NCBI GenBank assembly: GCA_038213805.1
Contig: JBBQSO010000016.1
Span: 1 to 64,000, forward strand
Direction of reading: 5' to 3'
DNA: 64,000 nt
From: Planctomycetota bacterium
GTDB taxonomy: Bacteria; Planctomycetota; UBA11346
How positions within the stretch are numbered: position 1 is the first letter of the stretch; each line of letters starts with the position of its first letter. Of this stretch, positions 47,993 to 58,232 are shown piece after piece. A model generated the notes under the pieces. The model saw only the letters and a list, made by a program, of their open reading frames with translations. It was not told the DNA's origin and ran no database searches. Made by a program: the position numbers and the translations under genes.

Positions 47993-48562
47993 ATGCGCAC
48001 TGCCCGTCCGCCCGCCACGACCAGCCGCACGCGCGCGACCACCACGGCCGCCCCGCTGCGCATCACCCTCGCCGACGCCAGTCTGCCCACCCTCGGCCGC
48101 GTGCGCCTGGCGACCACTGAGACCGGGATTTGCGCCCTGGCCATGCCCGACTGGAACGACCACCAGCTCGGTCTCGAGCCGTGGACGCGCGCCGGCGCGA
48201 CCTGCGCCACGGGGCGCCACCCGCACCTCGATCTGGCATTCGCCGAGCTGCGCGGCTACGTCGCGGGCACCGTGACGTCGTTCACCGTGCCGGTGGACCT
48301 GTCGCGGATGACGCCGTTCTTCCTGCGCGTCCTGACCGAGCTGCAGCGCGTCGCGCACGGCGCCGTGCTGACCTACGGCCAGCTCGCTGATCTCGCCGGC
48401 AGCCCGCGTGCCGCCCGCGCCGTCGGCCAGGCGGTCGGCCGCAACCCGGTGGCGGTGATCGTACCGTGCCACCGCGTGCTCGCCGGCAACGGCATCGGCG
48501 GGTTCGGGTTGGGGTTGGAGGCGAAGCGGATGCTGCTGGGGCTCGAAGGGATCGAGGCCTAG
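47993..48562 (+). CDS. ogt: Methylated-DNA--protein-cysteine methyltransferase
   Basis: TYGQLA, ARAVG and NP..VIVPCHRV motifs. Confidence 0.92.
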   Translation: MRTARPPATTSRTRATTTAAPLRITLADASLPTLGRVRLATTETGICALAMPDWNDHQLGLEPWTRAGATCATGRHPHLDLAFAELRGYVAGTVTSFTVPVDLSRMTPFFLRVLTELQRVAHGAVLTYGQLADLAGSPRAARAVGQAVGRNPVAVIVPCHRVLAGNGIGGFGLGLEAKRMLLGLEGIEA

Positions 48563-48743
48563 CCGAGGGCGATCCGGGTTTTTACCCAGACCCGCGTCAA
48601 GGCTCGAATGCCGTAGTGACTGCGCGCCAAAGCCCGTCCACGCACGGGGATGGCAAGATGCCACGGAACACCCGGCACAGCCTCCACATTCCAATTGAGT
48701 CCCTGTGCGCAGGCTGATCATAGCCGCCTTCCCCGGAGTCATC

Positions 48744-51700
48744 ATGGGCATGAGCATCTTCGCCGGCATCGTCGGCCGTTTCCGCAGCTTCCTGGTCGCG
48801 CCGGGGGAATCAGGCAGGCGGTGGGGTCGCGCGCTCCTGACGTGCACGCTCCTTCTGGGGGCCGCCATCCAGGTGCAGGCGGCAGAAACCAGCCCCCTGC
48901 TGAAGCTTCCCGCCCGGTTGCGCGAGACCCTCGCCGATCCCGCGACTCAGACCACCGGCATCGGCCGCACTCTCCGGTCGCAGGTGAAAGCCACCGGGCA
49001 CGACGACACCATCTTCCTGCAACTCGACGTCATCGTGAATGACGCGAATCTCGCCGCCATCAGCGCCACCGGCGCATCCGTCACCAGCACCAGCGTGCGC
49101 TGGAATGCGGTTTCCGTCGAAGCGACGGCAGACCAGATCGTCGCCCTCGCGAACCTCCCGGCAGTTGCTGCCGTCAAGGTTCCGCGCTCGCCGTTCCATC
49201 GCGCCCAGCCCGGCACGGTGGTCAACCAAGCGGGGGCGGTGATCCATGCCGATGACCTGACCACCACCAGCAACATCACCGGCATCGGCCAGACGGTCGG
49301 CATCATCTCGGATTCCATCAATTTCACGACCGCGGTCGGAACTGGCACCACCACGGGCAGCATCGCGCCGTTCACTCTCACGGGGACCCTGCCGCAGAGT
49401 CGCGGCGATCTGCCTGCCTCCATCCAAATCGTCGAATTCGGTACGAATTCCGTCAGGGACCCCGCTACGGATGAAGGCGAGGCGATGATGGAAGAGTGCT
49501 TCAAGCTTGCGCCGGGTGCCACGTATGCGTTCGGCTCGTGCAACAAGGCCGGGCATGATCCCAGTCAGCAGAACATGGCCGACACCATCGCGGACCTGGC
49601 CAGCAAATCGCATTGCACCATCATGGCAGACGATATTGGCTTCTTCGATGAGCCGATGTTCCAGGATGGTCCAATCGCCCAGGCCGCCAACACTTTCGTG
49701 CAGAATGGCGGCATCTATCTGTCGGCCTACGGCAATGACGGCGTGCAAGGGATCCAGACAGGCTACCTGGATGTCAGCACCACGGTCGACCCACATACCG
49801 GCTATCCCCTAAGCACCGGCTTCTTCCCGACCGGTAACGACTTCCACGACTGGGGCATCGGCGGCGCCACGCCGGGATTCCTGCCGCTCGACATCACCGG
49901 TCCTTTCACCATCACCCTCGAGTGGAACCAGCCCTTCCACAGCTTCGGACTCGGAGCAGGGTCACAGAGCAATTACGACATGTATCTGTTCACCAATCCG
50001 GTCGCATCCAAGGATAATCTCGTCGATGCCATCACCCCCGGCCTCAATGCCTCTCAGAGTTTCACGGTCAGCATGGAAAACCAGGGCACGATCGGTAGTC
50101 CAGCCGGCGATCCCCTCGAAATCATCCAGTTTCAAATTGCGGGCGGCGGTCCACACCACGTGTTCCTCGCGATCGACAAGGTCGGCGGCGCATCGGGAGA
50201 CCTGCTGCGGGTCGTGATCCATTGCAATACGCTGGCCTTTCCGAGCGGTGGCGCCGGCGTGCAGGCGATGACGGGCTTTGGGCATCCCACCGCCGCGGGT
50301 GTACTCGGCATCGCTGCTGCACGATTCAGCACCCCGAACGTGCCCGAGTCTTTCACCTCCAAAGGTGGCATTGGCGGCGCCGGCGTCCCGTTCTTCTTCA
50401 ACACGACCGGTGGGGCCCTGGCTGGCGCGCCGCAGCTGCGTGACAAGCCGGAACTGACTGCACCGGATGGCGTCGCGACCTCAAACAGCGGATTCAATCC
50501 GTTCTTCGGCACGTCCGCAGCGGTGCCCAACGCGACCGCCGCCGCGGCGTTGACCTGGTCCGCAAATCCCACGCTGACCAACGCCCAGGTGACGGCGCGC
50601 ATGATCGCCACGGCCAAAGATATTGACGGTGGCGCCGCCTCCACCGGCAATGACGCGATCTCCGGCCACGGCATGGTCGAAGCCCAGCGTTCCGCCGGCG
50701 TGCCGGTCACGAACATCACCGCCACGCCAAGCACTGGCCTAGTCGAAGCTGGGAACATCGACATCAGCGTCACCTTCGCCTTCCCAGTGACGGCCACCGG
50801 GACTCCACGGCTCGCGCTGAACACCACGCCAGCCCGGTTCGCCACCTTCCTGTCCGGAAGCGGCACCACTGCCCTGGTCTTCCGCTACACCATCACCACC
50901 GGCGATGCCAGCACGCATCTCGATCTCGCCAACGCCAACGCCCTGACCTTCAATGGCGGTACCATGACCGCGACCAGCACCGGGGTGACCTTCACCGCTG
51001 GCGACCCGATCATGCTGCTGCTACCGACGCCTGGAGCGACCAACTCGCTGGGCGCCAACACCACGATCGACGTCGATACCACCGGACCGGTCGCCACCAT
51101 CGTCGGCAACCCGGCCACCAAGCAGACCTCGGACCTGACCTTTGACGTGACCTTCGCGCAGGCGGTTACCGGCCTGGGCACCGGTAGCTTCACCGTCACC
51201 AACGGCACGGTCACATCCGTCACCGGTTCGGGCGCGAGCTATGTCGCGCACGTGACGGCGACCGCGCCCGGCACGGTGACGCTCAGCATCGCTGCCAACA
51301 CGGTGTTCGATGCGGGCAGCCTCGGCAACCACGCTGCGAGCGGCACGGCGACCTTCGATATCGTCGCACCGACCCTGGTCATCACCCCGACCCTGAACAG
51401 CGTGGTGACGACAACCAGCGTGTCGGTGACGTTCACCTTCAGCGAGGCGGTAACCGGCTTCGCCGTGGGCGACATCACCATCACCAACGGCACGGCAGGG
51501 GCGCTCACCGGCAGCGGCGCGGTCTACCACATGCCGGTGACCGCCGGCTCGCCCGGCCCGCTGACCATCACCGTGCTGGGTGGCACCGTCACCGATCTCG
51601 CCAACAACGCCTCGACCACCGATGCCACGGCGACGGTCACGGTCACCGAGGTCCCGGCTTCCTCGGTGCACGGCTGCGGCCTGGGTTCGATGTTCGCTTC

Positions 51701-51770
51701 GGTGTTCGGGCTCGGCCTGCTGGCGTTGATGGCCTGGGCGCGGGGACGGGATGGCGTTACCAAGCGCTGA
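48744..51770 (+). CDS. Secreted S8/S53-like serine peptidase with Ig-like repeats and C-terminal membrane anchor
   Basis: Signal peptide; VGIISDS, DEGEAM, SAYGN, KPELTAPDG and FFGTSAA motifs; TFSEAVTGF Ig-like repeats; GCGLG-TM-basic tail. Confidence 0.88.
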   Translation: MGMSIFAGIVGRFRSFLVAPGESGRRWGRALLTCTLLLGAAIQVQAAETSPLLKLPARLRETLADPATQTTGIGRTLRSQVKATGHDDTIFLQLDVIVNDANLAAISATGASVTSTSVRWNAVSVEATADQIVALANLPAVAAVKVPRSPFHRAQPGTVVNQAGAVIHADDLTTTSNITGIGQTVGIISDSINFTTAVGTGTTTGSIAPFTLTGTLPQSRGDLPASIQIVEFGTNSVRDPATDEGEAMMEECFKLAPGATYAFGSCNKAGHDPSQQNMADTIADLASKSHCTIMADDIGFFDEPMFQDGPIAQAANTFVQNGGIYLSAYGNDGVQGIQTGYLDVSTTVDPHTGYPLSTGFFPTGNDFHDWGIGGATPGFLPLDITGPFTITLEWNQPFHSFGLGAGSQSNYDMYLFTNPVASKDNLVDAITPGLNASQSFTVSMENQGTIGSPAGDPLEIIQFQIAGGGPHHVFLAIDKVGGASGDLLRVVIHCNTLAFPSGGAGVQAMTGFGHPTAAGVLGIAAARFSTPNVPESFTSKGGIGGAGVPFFFNTTGGALAGAPQLRDKPELTAPDGVATSNSGFNPFFGTSAAVPNATAAAALTWSANPTLTNAQVTARMIATAKDIDGGAASTGNDAISGHGMVEAQRSAGVPVTNITATPSTGLVEAGNIDISVTFAFPVTATGTPRLALNTTPARFATFLSGSGTTALVFRYTITTGDASTHLDLANANALTFNGGTMTATSTGVTFTAGDPIMLLLPTPGATNSLGANTTIDVDTTGPVATIVGNPATKQTSDLTFDVTFAQAVTGLGTGSFTVTNGTVTSVTGSGASYVAHVTATAPGTVTLSIAANTVFDAGSLGNHAASGTATFDIVAPTLVITPTLNSVVTTTSVSVTFTFSEAVTGFAVGDITITNGTAGALTGSGAVYHMPVTAGSPGPLTITVLGGTVTDLANNASTTDATATVTVTEVPASSVHGCGLGSMFASVFGLGLLALMAWARGRDGVTKR

Positions 51771-51836
51771 AAAGCGCGTGCGCGCCGACAGGCTGGCGCG
51801 CACCGTCCTGACTTCGCCATGCCTGCGCCAATAAGA

Positions 51837-51866
51837 ACGGGACCGGATCGCATGATCCGGTCCCGT
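51837..51866. terminator. Hairpin between convergent genes (probable bidirectional terminator)
   Basis: ACGGGACCGGATC-GCAT-GATCCGGTCCCGT, a perfect 13-bp stem. Confidence 0.7.
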
Positions 51867-51889
51867 CATTTCCACGCGGGTGTAGATGC

Positions 51890-53038
51890 CTACTGCTCGA
51901 CGCGGTAGACCTTCCCTTCCTTCCAACCACTGCCCTCGAAGGTGGTGAGGTAGACCTCGCCATCGAGGTCCTCGCCGAACGACGTGATGTTCTTGCCGGG
52001 CTGGGCGAGCTGGTGGTTTTCGACCTGGTCGCCACTGCGCTTGAGACCCCAGATGCGCGTCGACTGGAAGTCGGCGTAGATGTAGACGCCTTCGAGCGCG
52101 GTGAAACGCTTGCCGCGGTACACGCAGCCGCCGGTGATCGACTGGCCGACGTCGTGCTTGTACTCCCAGATCGGCTCGATGGCGCCGGGGACGGGCGGCT
52201 TGTTCTCGAAGGCGTGGTGCGCCTCGTGGTGGTTCCAGCCGTAGTTGCCACCCTTGGTGACGATGTCGACCTCCTCCCAGATGTTCTGGCCGACGTCGCC
52301 CAGCCACAGCTCGCCGGTCTTGCGGTCGAAGCTCATGCGCCAGGGATTGCGCACTCCGTACGCGTAGATCTCGGGGAAGACCCCGGCCTTGCCGACGAAG
52401 GGGTTGTCCTTGGGGATGCCGTAGGGCTTGCCGTCCGCGGGATGGTCGGGGTCGATGCGCAGGATCTTGGCCAGGAAGGTGTCCATCTTCTGGCCATTGG
52501 CGTGCGGGTCGCCGCCGGCGCCGCCATCGCCCTTGCTGAGGTAGAGGAAGCCGTCCTTGCCAAACGCCACGGTGCCGCCGTTGTGGTTGTCGTAGGGGTT
52601 CTCGACCTGGATCAGGATCTCTTCGCTGGCGGGATCGGCGTGCAGGTGGTCGGCCGTCGCCTTCATGCGCGACAGGGTGTTCTTCTTCGATCCGGCGGCG
52701 GTGTAATAGATGAAGAAGACGCCGTTGGTCTTGAAGTCGGGGTGGAAGGCGAATGACAGCAGGCCCTGTTCGTTGCTGGCGCTGTTGGTCTTGGCGGTCC
52801 AATCGAGGAATACGGTCTTGTCGGCATCGTCAGCGGCGAAGGTGACGAGGTGGCCGTGCTGTTCGAGCACCACGTAGCGCGCCGTGCCGTCGGCCAGCTG
52901 GGTGAAGCCGACCGGGCGGTCGAAGGCAAGCTTGGGGAAGGCCGGGACCAGCTTGATGGCGTCGGCCGCGGTGAGCGGGGCGAAGCCGGCGCAGGCGGCG
53001 ACCAGGGCGGCGGCGAGCGGGCGGAGGACGTGGCGCAT
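51890..53038 (-). CDS. PQQ-dependent sugar dehydrogenase family (GSDH beta-propeller)
   Basis: EQGLLSFAFHPDF, NHNGG, GDGG, YGVRNPWR, GDVGQ, GGNYGW and SFGED motifs; signal peptide. Confidence 0.92.
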   Translation of the reverse strand: MRHVLRPLAAALVAACAGFAPLTAADAIKLVPAFPKLAFDRPVGFTQLADGTARYVVLEQHGHLVTFAADDADKTVFLDWTAKTNSASNEQGLLSFAFHPDFKTNGVFFIYYTAAGSKKNTLSRMKATADHLHADPASEEILIQVENPYDNHNGGTVAFGKDGFLYLSKGDGGAGGDPHANGQKMDTFLAKILRIDPDHPADGKPYGIPKDNPFVGKAGVFPEIYAYGVRNPWRMSFDRKTGELWLGDVGQNIWEEVDIVTKGGNYGWNHHEAHHAFENKPPVPGAIEPIWEYKHDVGQSITGGCVYRGKRFTALEGVYIYADFQSTRIWGLKRSGDQVENHQLAQPGKNITSFGEDLDGEVYLTTFEGSGWKEGKVYRVEQ

Positions 53039-53171
53039 CGGGTGGGCTCCAGGTGGGAAACGCTAGCTGGGTCTACGCTCGGCACCAGTCCAGCGTTGTC
53101 GGGGCGACGGGCGCTGGACACGCGCCAGCCCCACCCCAGCGTAGCGCCATGCCCGCCCCCGGTGACCCTCG

Positions 53172-54716
53172 ATGACTGGCGCCTTCCGGCCCTGGGACTG
53201 GGCGGTGTTCGCTGGTTATTTCGCCTTCCTGGTCGGCACCGGCGTGCTGCTGGCGCGGCGGCCCGGCGACGCCAAGGACTACTTCATCGGGCACCGCCAG
53301 ATGCCCTCTTGGGCGGTGGCGGTGTCGGTGTTGGCCTCGGCGTTGTCGGTGGCGACCTATCTGGGGGCGCCGCAGGAGGCATACGCGGGCGATCTGACTT
53401 ACCTGCTCGCCAACGTCGGCACCATGCTCGCCGTGGTGGTAGTGGCCTATGCCTTCATCCCGGCTTTCTACCGCCACGAGGTGGTGACGGTCTACCAGCT
53501 GCTGGGCGTGCGTTTCGGACCGCGCGCCGCGCAGGCGGCGAGCTGGACTTTCCTGGTCGGGCGCGCCCTGGCGAGCGGTGCGCGGCTGTTCATGGCGGCG
53601 ATCCCGGCGGGCATGATCCTGACCGGGGACGGCGACGCTGTCGCGCCGGTGGTGGCCGGGATTCTGATCCTGACCGCGATCGGCATCGCCTACACCCTGG
53701 TCGGCGGCATCAGCAGCATCATCTGGACCGACGTCATCCAATTCCTGATCATGATCGGTGCGGTGGTCGCCGCGTTGGTGCTGCTGTGGTCGCGCATCCC
53801 GGCGGCGCCCGCCGACATCTGGCACGCGCTGTCCGAGCCGCGCACGGACGGCCCCGGCAAGCTCGCGCTGGTGTCGCTGTCGCTGGACCCGACGCGGGCC
53901 AACACGCTGTGGACCGCCCTCGGCGGCTACCTGCTGCTCAACCTCGCGGTCTACGGCACCGACCAGGATCTGGCGCAGCGCATGCTCACGTGCCGCAATG
54001 CGGTAGCGGGGGGACGTGCGGCCCTCGCCGCGATCGTGATGAACATTCCGGTGGTGCTGCTGTTCCTGGGCCTGGGTCTGCTGCTGTGGGTGTTCTACCA
54101 GCGGCCGGATCTGATGGGCGGGGCGGTACCAGCCTACCCCGTCCCGGGAGGGCAGAAGGTTTTCCTCACCTTCATCCTGCACGAGATGCCGCAGGGCATG
54201 GCCGGACTGATGATGGCGGGGCTGTTCGCGATCGCGCTGACCAGTCTGCTGTCGGCGCTCAATGCCATGGCTTCGGCCTTCATCACCGACTGCTATCGTG
54301 GGGCGGCGCCCGGTCGCGATGAGCGCCATTACCTGACGGCCAGCCGCTGGGCGGTTGCGGGTGCCGGCGTGGTGGTCGCCCTGGTGGCGATCGGCTGCAT
54401 GGCCTGGGAGCGCCACAGCCACATGAACCTGCTGGCGCTCGCCTTCAGCGTCATGGTGCTGGCCTGTTCGGGGCTGCTCGGAGTGTTCCTGACGGCGCTG
54501 TTCACCCGGCGTGGCAATCAGACCAGCGCCATCGCTGCGCTGGTGATGGGCTTCGCGACCTGCGCAGCCCTGCAGTGGGCACCCTACGCGGAATTTTTCT
54601 GGCCGGGTGGTGGGCAGCTCGCCTGGCCGTGGATCATGGTGATCGGCACCGCGGCCGCCTTCGCCACCTGCTGCGCAGGCACCCCTTCCGCACGCACTCG
54701 TGAGACCAGACTGTGA
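53172..54716 (+). CDS. Sodium:solute symporter family transporter
   Basis: DYFIGHRQMPSW, YTLVGG..IIWTDVIQF and YGTDQDLAQR motifs; many TM segments. Confidence 0.92.
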   Translation: MTGAFRPWDWAVFAGYFAFLVGTGVLLARRPGDAKDYFIGHRQMPSWAVAVSVLASALSVATYLGAPQEAYAGDLTYLLANVGTMLAVVVVAYAFIPAFYRHEVVTVYQLLGVRFGPRAAQAASWTFLVGRALASGARLFMAAIPAGMILTGDGDAVAPVVAGILILTAIGIAYTLVGGISSIIWTDVIQFLIMIGAVVAALVLLWSRIPAAPADIWHALSEPRTDGPGKLALVSLSLDPTRANTLWTALGGYLLLNLAVYGTDQDLAQRMLTCRNAVAGGRAALAAIVMNIPVVLLFLGLGLLLWVFYQRPDLMGGAVPAYPVPGGQKVFLTFILHEMPQGMAGLMMAGLFAIALTSLLSALNAMASAFITDCYRGAAPGRDERHYLTASRWAVAGAGVVVALVAIGCMAWERHSHMNLLALAFSVMVLACSGLLGVFLTALFTRRGNQTSAIAALVMGFATCAALQWAPYAEFFWPGGGQLAWPWIMVIGTAAAFATCCAGTPSARTRETRL

Positions 54717-56617
54717 ACGACCTCCAGCATCTGCCGCCTCTGCTGCTGCCGGCTCCGCGCCTGCTCGTCGACTCCCGCGACAGCGCCGGCTGGCTGACCG
54801 TGCCGGCGACGGTGCGCATCAACGGGTACCCGCCGTACATCGCGCTGGCCACGGCGATCCTCGCCGACCACCTCCACCTGGCAGAGTCCACCCTCGCCGA
54901 CTTCGGGCCGCTGTGCGTCGACGGGGATCCGCCCGAGCCCGCGCTCAGCGGCGGCGAGGCCTACCGCCTGCGCATCGACGCGCGGCGCATCCACCTCGCT
55001 GCGCACAGCGAGGCCGGCATGCGTCATGGGCTGCGTACGCTGGCGCAACTGATCATCCAGTACGGCCGCCGCCGCCTGCCGTGCGTGCTGATCGAAGATG
55101 CACCGGTATTCGCGGTGCGCGGCGTGATGCTGGACGTCAGCCGCGACCGCGTGCCGACCATGGCGCACCTGCTCGAGACCGTCGATCAGCTCGCCAGGTG
55201 GAAGATCAACCACCTCCAGCTTTATACTGAGCACACCTTCGCCTACGCTGGCCACGAGGAGGTGTGGCGTGGCGCCTCGCCGTTGACCGCGGATGAGATG
55301 CTCACCCTCGACGTGCACTGCCGCGCGCACGGCATCGAGTTGGCCGCGAACCAGAACTGCTTCGGCCACCTGGCCGCGTGGCTGAAGCATCCGCGCTACG
55401 CGCCGCTGGGTGAGATCGCCCCGGACGCGGAGTGGGACTTCAACGGTCTGGTGATGCGACGCGGTCCGTTCAGCCTGTGCCCGAGTGACCCGCGCGCGCT
55501 GGCGCTGGTCGAGGATCTGCTCGACCAGCTGCTGCCGACCGTCGCTGGGCCGCTGGTGAACATCGGTTGCGACGAGACCTTCGACGTCGGGCAGGGCCGT
55601 TCCAAGGACGCCGTCGCCAGCCGCGGGCGCGCTGCCGTCTATCTGGAATTCGTGCGCGCGATCTGCGCCGTGGTGCGCCGCCACGGCAAGCGCCCGATGT
55701 TCTGGGCCGACATCGCGCTGGAACACCCCGAGGCGCTCGCCGAGCTGCCCGCGGACCTCATCGGCCTGGCCTGGGGCTATGAGCCCGATGCGCCCTTCGC
55801 ACGCTGGTGCCAGCAGCTGCGTGCGGCCGGGCGCGAGGTGTGGGTATGCCCCGGCACCTCGTGCTGGCGCGCGATCACCGGCCGCACCCGCGAGCGGCGC
55901 GCCAATCTGCTCGCCGCCGCGCGTGACGGCGCGGCGCACGGCGCGACCGGCTATCTCGCTACCGCCTGGGGTGACGTCGGCCACCGTCAGCAATGGCCGA
56001 TCACCCTGCACGCCCTCGCCGAAGCAGCGCACCGCGCGTGGAGCGGCAGTGCGGAGTACGATGTCCGCGCCGGGTCGCTGCACGCTTTTTCCGACCGTAC
56101 CCTGATGGTCGGCGCCTGGCTCGACGAGCTCGGCGATGTCGACGCCGGCCTGCGCGCCATCGCCGGCAAGCCGCAGGCCGACGGCCAGCCCCGCGCGCTG
56201 CGCAACGCCAGCGCGCTCTTCACCGACACCCAGAAGCCGCTCGCGGAACCCTGGAAGGGCTCGCGCGGCGACTGGGAAGAGGTCGCCGAGCGCCTCGAGG
56301 GCCTGGCCGCACGCCAGCCCCAGCTGCCCTCGAACCTGCACAACCAGGAGCTGCTGTTCTCCTGCCTCGATGCCAGCTTCGCCGCAACCCGCGCCTTCCT
56401 GCGGCGCTTCTCGCAACCGGTGATGATGGAAGGACTGCTGCCCGAGCTGCGCCTGTTCGCCGAGGCCGACCTGCCCCTCTACCGTTACCTGTGGCGCCAA
56501 CGTTCCCGTCCCGGCGGCCTGGCCGCGAGCTGCGCGCATTACCGCGCCCTGCTCACCGAACTCGGCCCGCTCGACGAGCTCGACCTGCTCGATGCGGTGG
56601 ACGACCCGGCGAGCTGA
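54713..56617 (+). CDS. Glycoside hydrolase family 20 (beta-N-acetylhexosaminidase-like), no signal peptide
   Basis: EAYRLRI, HGLRTLAQL, IEDAP, RGVMLDVSR, NHLQLY, NIGCDE and PMFWAD motifs; GTGA overlap with the symporter. Confidence 0.88.
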   Translation: MNDLQHLPPLLLPAPRLLVDSRDSAGWLTVPATVRINGYPPYIALATAILADHLHLAESTLADFGPLCVDGDPPEPALSGGEAYRLRIDARRIHLAAHSEAGMRHGLRTLAQLIIQYGRRRLPCVLIEDAPVFAVRGVMLDVSRDRVPTMAHLLETVDQLARWKINHLQLYTEHTFAYAGHEEVWRGASPLTADEMLTLDVHCRAHGIELAANQNCFGHLAAWLKHPRYAPLGEIAPDAEWDFNGLVMRRGPFSLCPSDPRALALVEDLLDQLLPTVAGPLVNIGCDETFDVGQGRSKDAVASRGRAAVYLEFVRAICAVVRRHGKRPMFWADIALEHPEALAELPADLIGLAWGYEPDAPFARWCQQLRAAGREVWVCPGTSCWRAITGRTRERRANLLAAARDGAAHGATGYLATAWGDVGHRQQWPITLHALAEAAHRAWSGSAEYDVRAGSLHAFSDRTLMVGAWLDELGDVDAGLRAIAGKPQADGQPRALRNASALFTDTQKPLAEPWKGSRGDWEEVAERLEGLAARQPQLPSNLHNQELLFSCLDASFAATRAFLRRFSQPVMMEGLLPELRLFAEADLPLYRYLWRQRSRPGGLAASCAHYRALLTELGPLDELDLLDAVDDPAS

Positions 56618-56640
56618 CCCCCTCCCACCGGGATCCCACC

Positions 56641-56686
56641 TTCGAGCTTCGAGCTTCGAGTCTCGCAGCTCGCAGCTCGCAACTCG
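56641..56686. repeat. Heptamer tandem repeats (TTCGAGC)x3 then (CTCGCAG)x3
   Basis: Read directly from the GH20-anmK intergenic region. Confidence 0.75.
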
Positions 56687-56854
56687 GCGCTGACGCCTCG
56701 CTTCCAGACTCTCGCGCCGAGCGGCCCCAGCCTCGCGCCTGGCTCTTCGCGCCGCGCGCGACCCCACAAACGCCCATTCCCCCCGCACAATCCCCCCCTA
56801 AGCCTTCCCCCCACGCCACCGCGCGGCCTGCGCCCCGGCCTGCCCAGGAATCCC

Positions 56855-58024
56855 ATGCCCCGCGCCTCGTTCACCCAGCTCTCGAAGCCGTCCGACACAT
56901 TCGACCGCGCCAACCCCGAGCATGCCCGCCAGACCCGTTCCGCACGCCGCCACCACGGCACGCGCTACGTCGTCGGCTGCATGACCGGCACCAGCATCGA
57001 CGCGCTCGACGGCGCCCTGGTGGCGATCGATGGCACCGGGATGGAGATGCGCCTTGAGCTGCTCGGCCAGGTGACGTGGCCGCTCGGCGCCCTGGCCGAG
57101 CCGCTGCGCCGTCTCGCCAACCAGGAACCGATGAGCGCACGCGACATCGCCACCCTGGCCCGCGACTTCGCCCTGCTGCACTGCGACGCCATCGACGAGC
57201 TGAAGGGGCGCAGCGAGCTGAGCCTGATCGCGGTGCACGGGCAGACCGTGTTCCATGCCCCGCCGGTGAGCTGGCAGCTGTTCAATCCCGCGCCGCTGGC
57301 GGCGCGCTTCAAAGTGCCGGTGGTCTCTGATCTGCGCGGCGCCGATCTCGCCGCCGGCGGCGAGGGCGCGCCGATCACGCCGCTCGCCGACTATCTGATC
57401 TTCCGCCACCCGCGCGAGCGCCGCACCATCGTCAACCTCGGCGGCTTCTGCAACATCACCCGCCTGCCCGCAGGCGAGGGCCTCAGCGGCCTGACCGGCG
57501 CGGATATCTGCGCCTGCAACCAGGTGCTTGATGCAATCGCGCGGCGCGTGCTGGACTGTTCCTACGACCGCGATGGGCAGCGCGCGCTGGCGGGCACCGC
57601 CAAGACCCGGCCCGCGGCGGCGCTCGCGACCATGCTTGAGGCGCAGGCCAAGTCCAAGCGCAGCCTGGGCACCGGCGATGAGCTCGGCGCGTGGATCGAC
57701 AAGCACCAGGTGCTGTCGCCCGAAGATCTCGCGCGCACCGCTTGCGCGGCCATCGCCCAGATCATCGTCCGCCACATCGGCCAGGCCGACCGCATCATCC
57801 TGGCCGGCGGCGGCATCCGCAACCGCGCCCTGCTCACCGAGCTCAGGAACCAGACGCACATCCCGCTCATCATCAGCGACGAGGCCAATGTGCCCGCCTC
57901 GCTGCGCGAGGCCATGGCCATCGCCGTGCTCGGCGCGCTCTGCCAGGACCGCGTCCCGATCACCATCCCGCGCATCACCGGGGTCGAGCGGGCGCCGGTG
58001 GCGGGGATGTGGGTGCTGCCTTAA
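56855..58024 (+). CDS. anmK: Anhydro-N-acetylmuramic acid kinase
   Basis: GCMTGTSIDALD, HGQT, DLAAGGEGAP, NLGGFCN and GGGIRN motifs. Confidence 0.93.
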   Translation: MPRASFTQLSKPSDTFDRANPEHARQTRSARRHHGTRYVVGCMTGTSIDALDGALVAIDGTGMEMRLELLGQVTWPLGALAEPLRRLANQEPMSARDIATLARDFALLHCDAIDELKGRSELSLIAVHGQTVFHAPPVSWQLFNPAPLAARFKVPVVSDLRGADLAAGGEGAPITPLADYLIFRHPRERRTIVNLGGFCNITRLPAGEGLSGLTGADICACNQVLDAIARRVLDCSYDRDGQRALAGTAKTRPAAALATMLEAQAKSKRSLGTGDELGAWIDKHQVLSPEDLARTACAAIAQIIVRHIGQADRIILAGGGIRNRALLTELRNQTHIPLIISDEANVPASLREAMAIAVLGALCQDRVPITIPRITGVERAPVAGMWVLP

Positions 58025-58033
58025 AACAGGAGG

Positions 58034-58183
58034 CCCTAGACCCTAGACCCTAGACCCTAGACCCTAGACCCTAGACCCTAGGTAGTGGCTCGGGAGTCTT
58101 TGACTGAGATCATAGGTCCACCTCATTTTCGCACAGCGATCTTCGCAAAACGATCTAGGGTCTAGGGCATAGGTTCTGGGCCC
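58034..58183. repeat. Inverted heptamer-repeat element: (CCCTAGA)x6-7 ... (TCTAGGG)x2-4
   Basis: Six perfect units at 58034-58075; reverse-complement units from 58154. Confidence 0.92.
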
Positions 58184-58232
58184 TCAGAGTCGCGCAGGCG
58201 ATGGACGAACCCCTCAAGCCGCCGATCATGGG

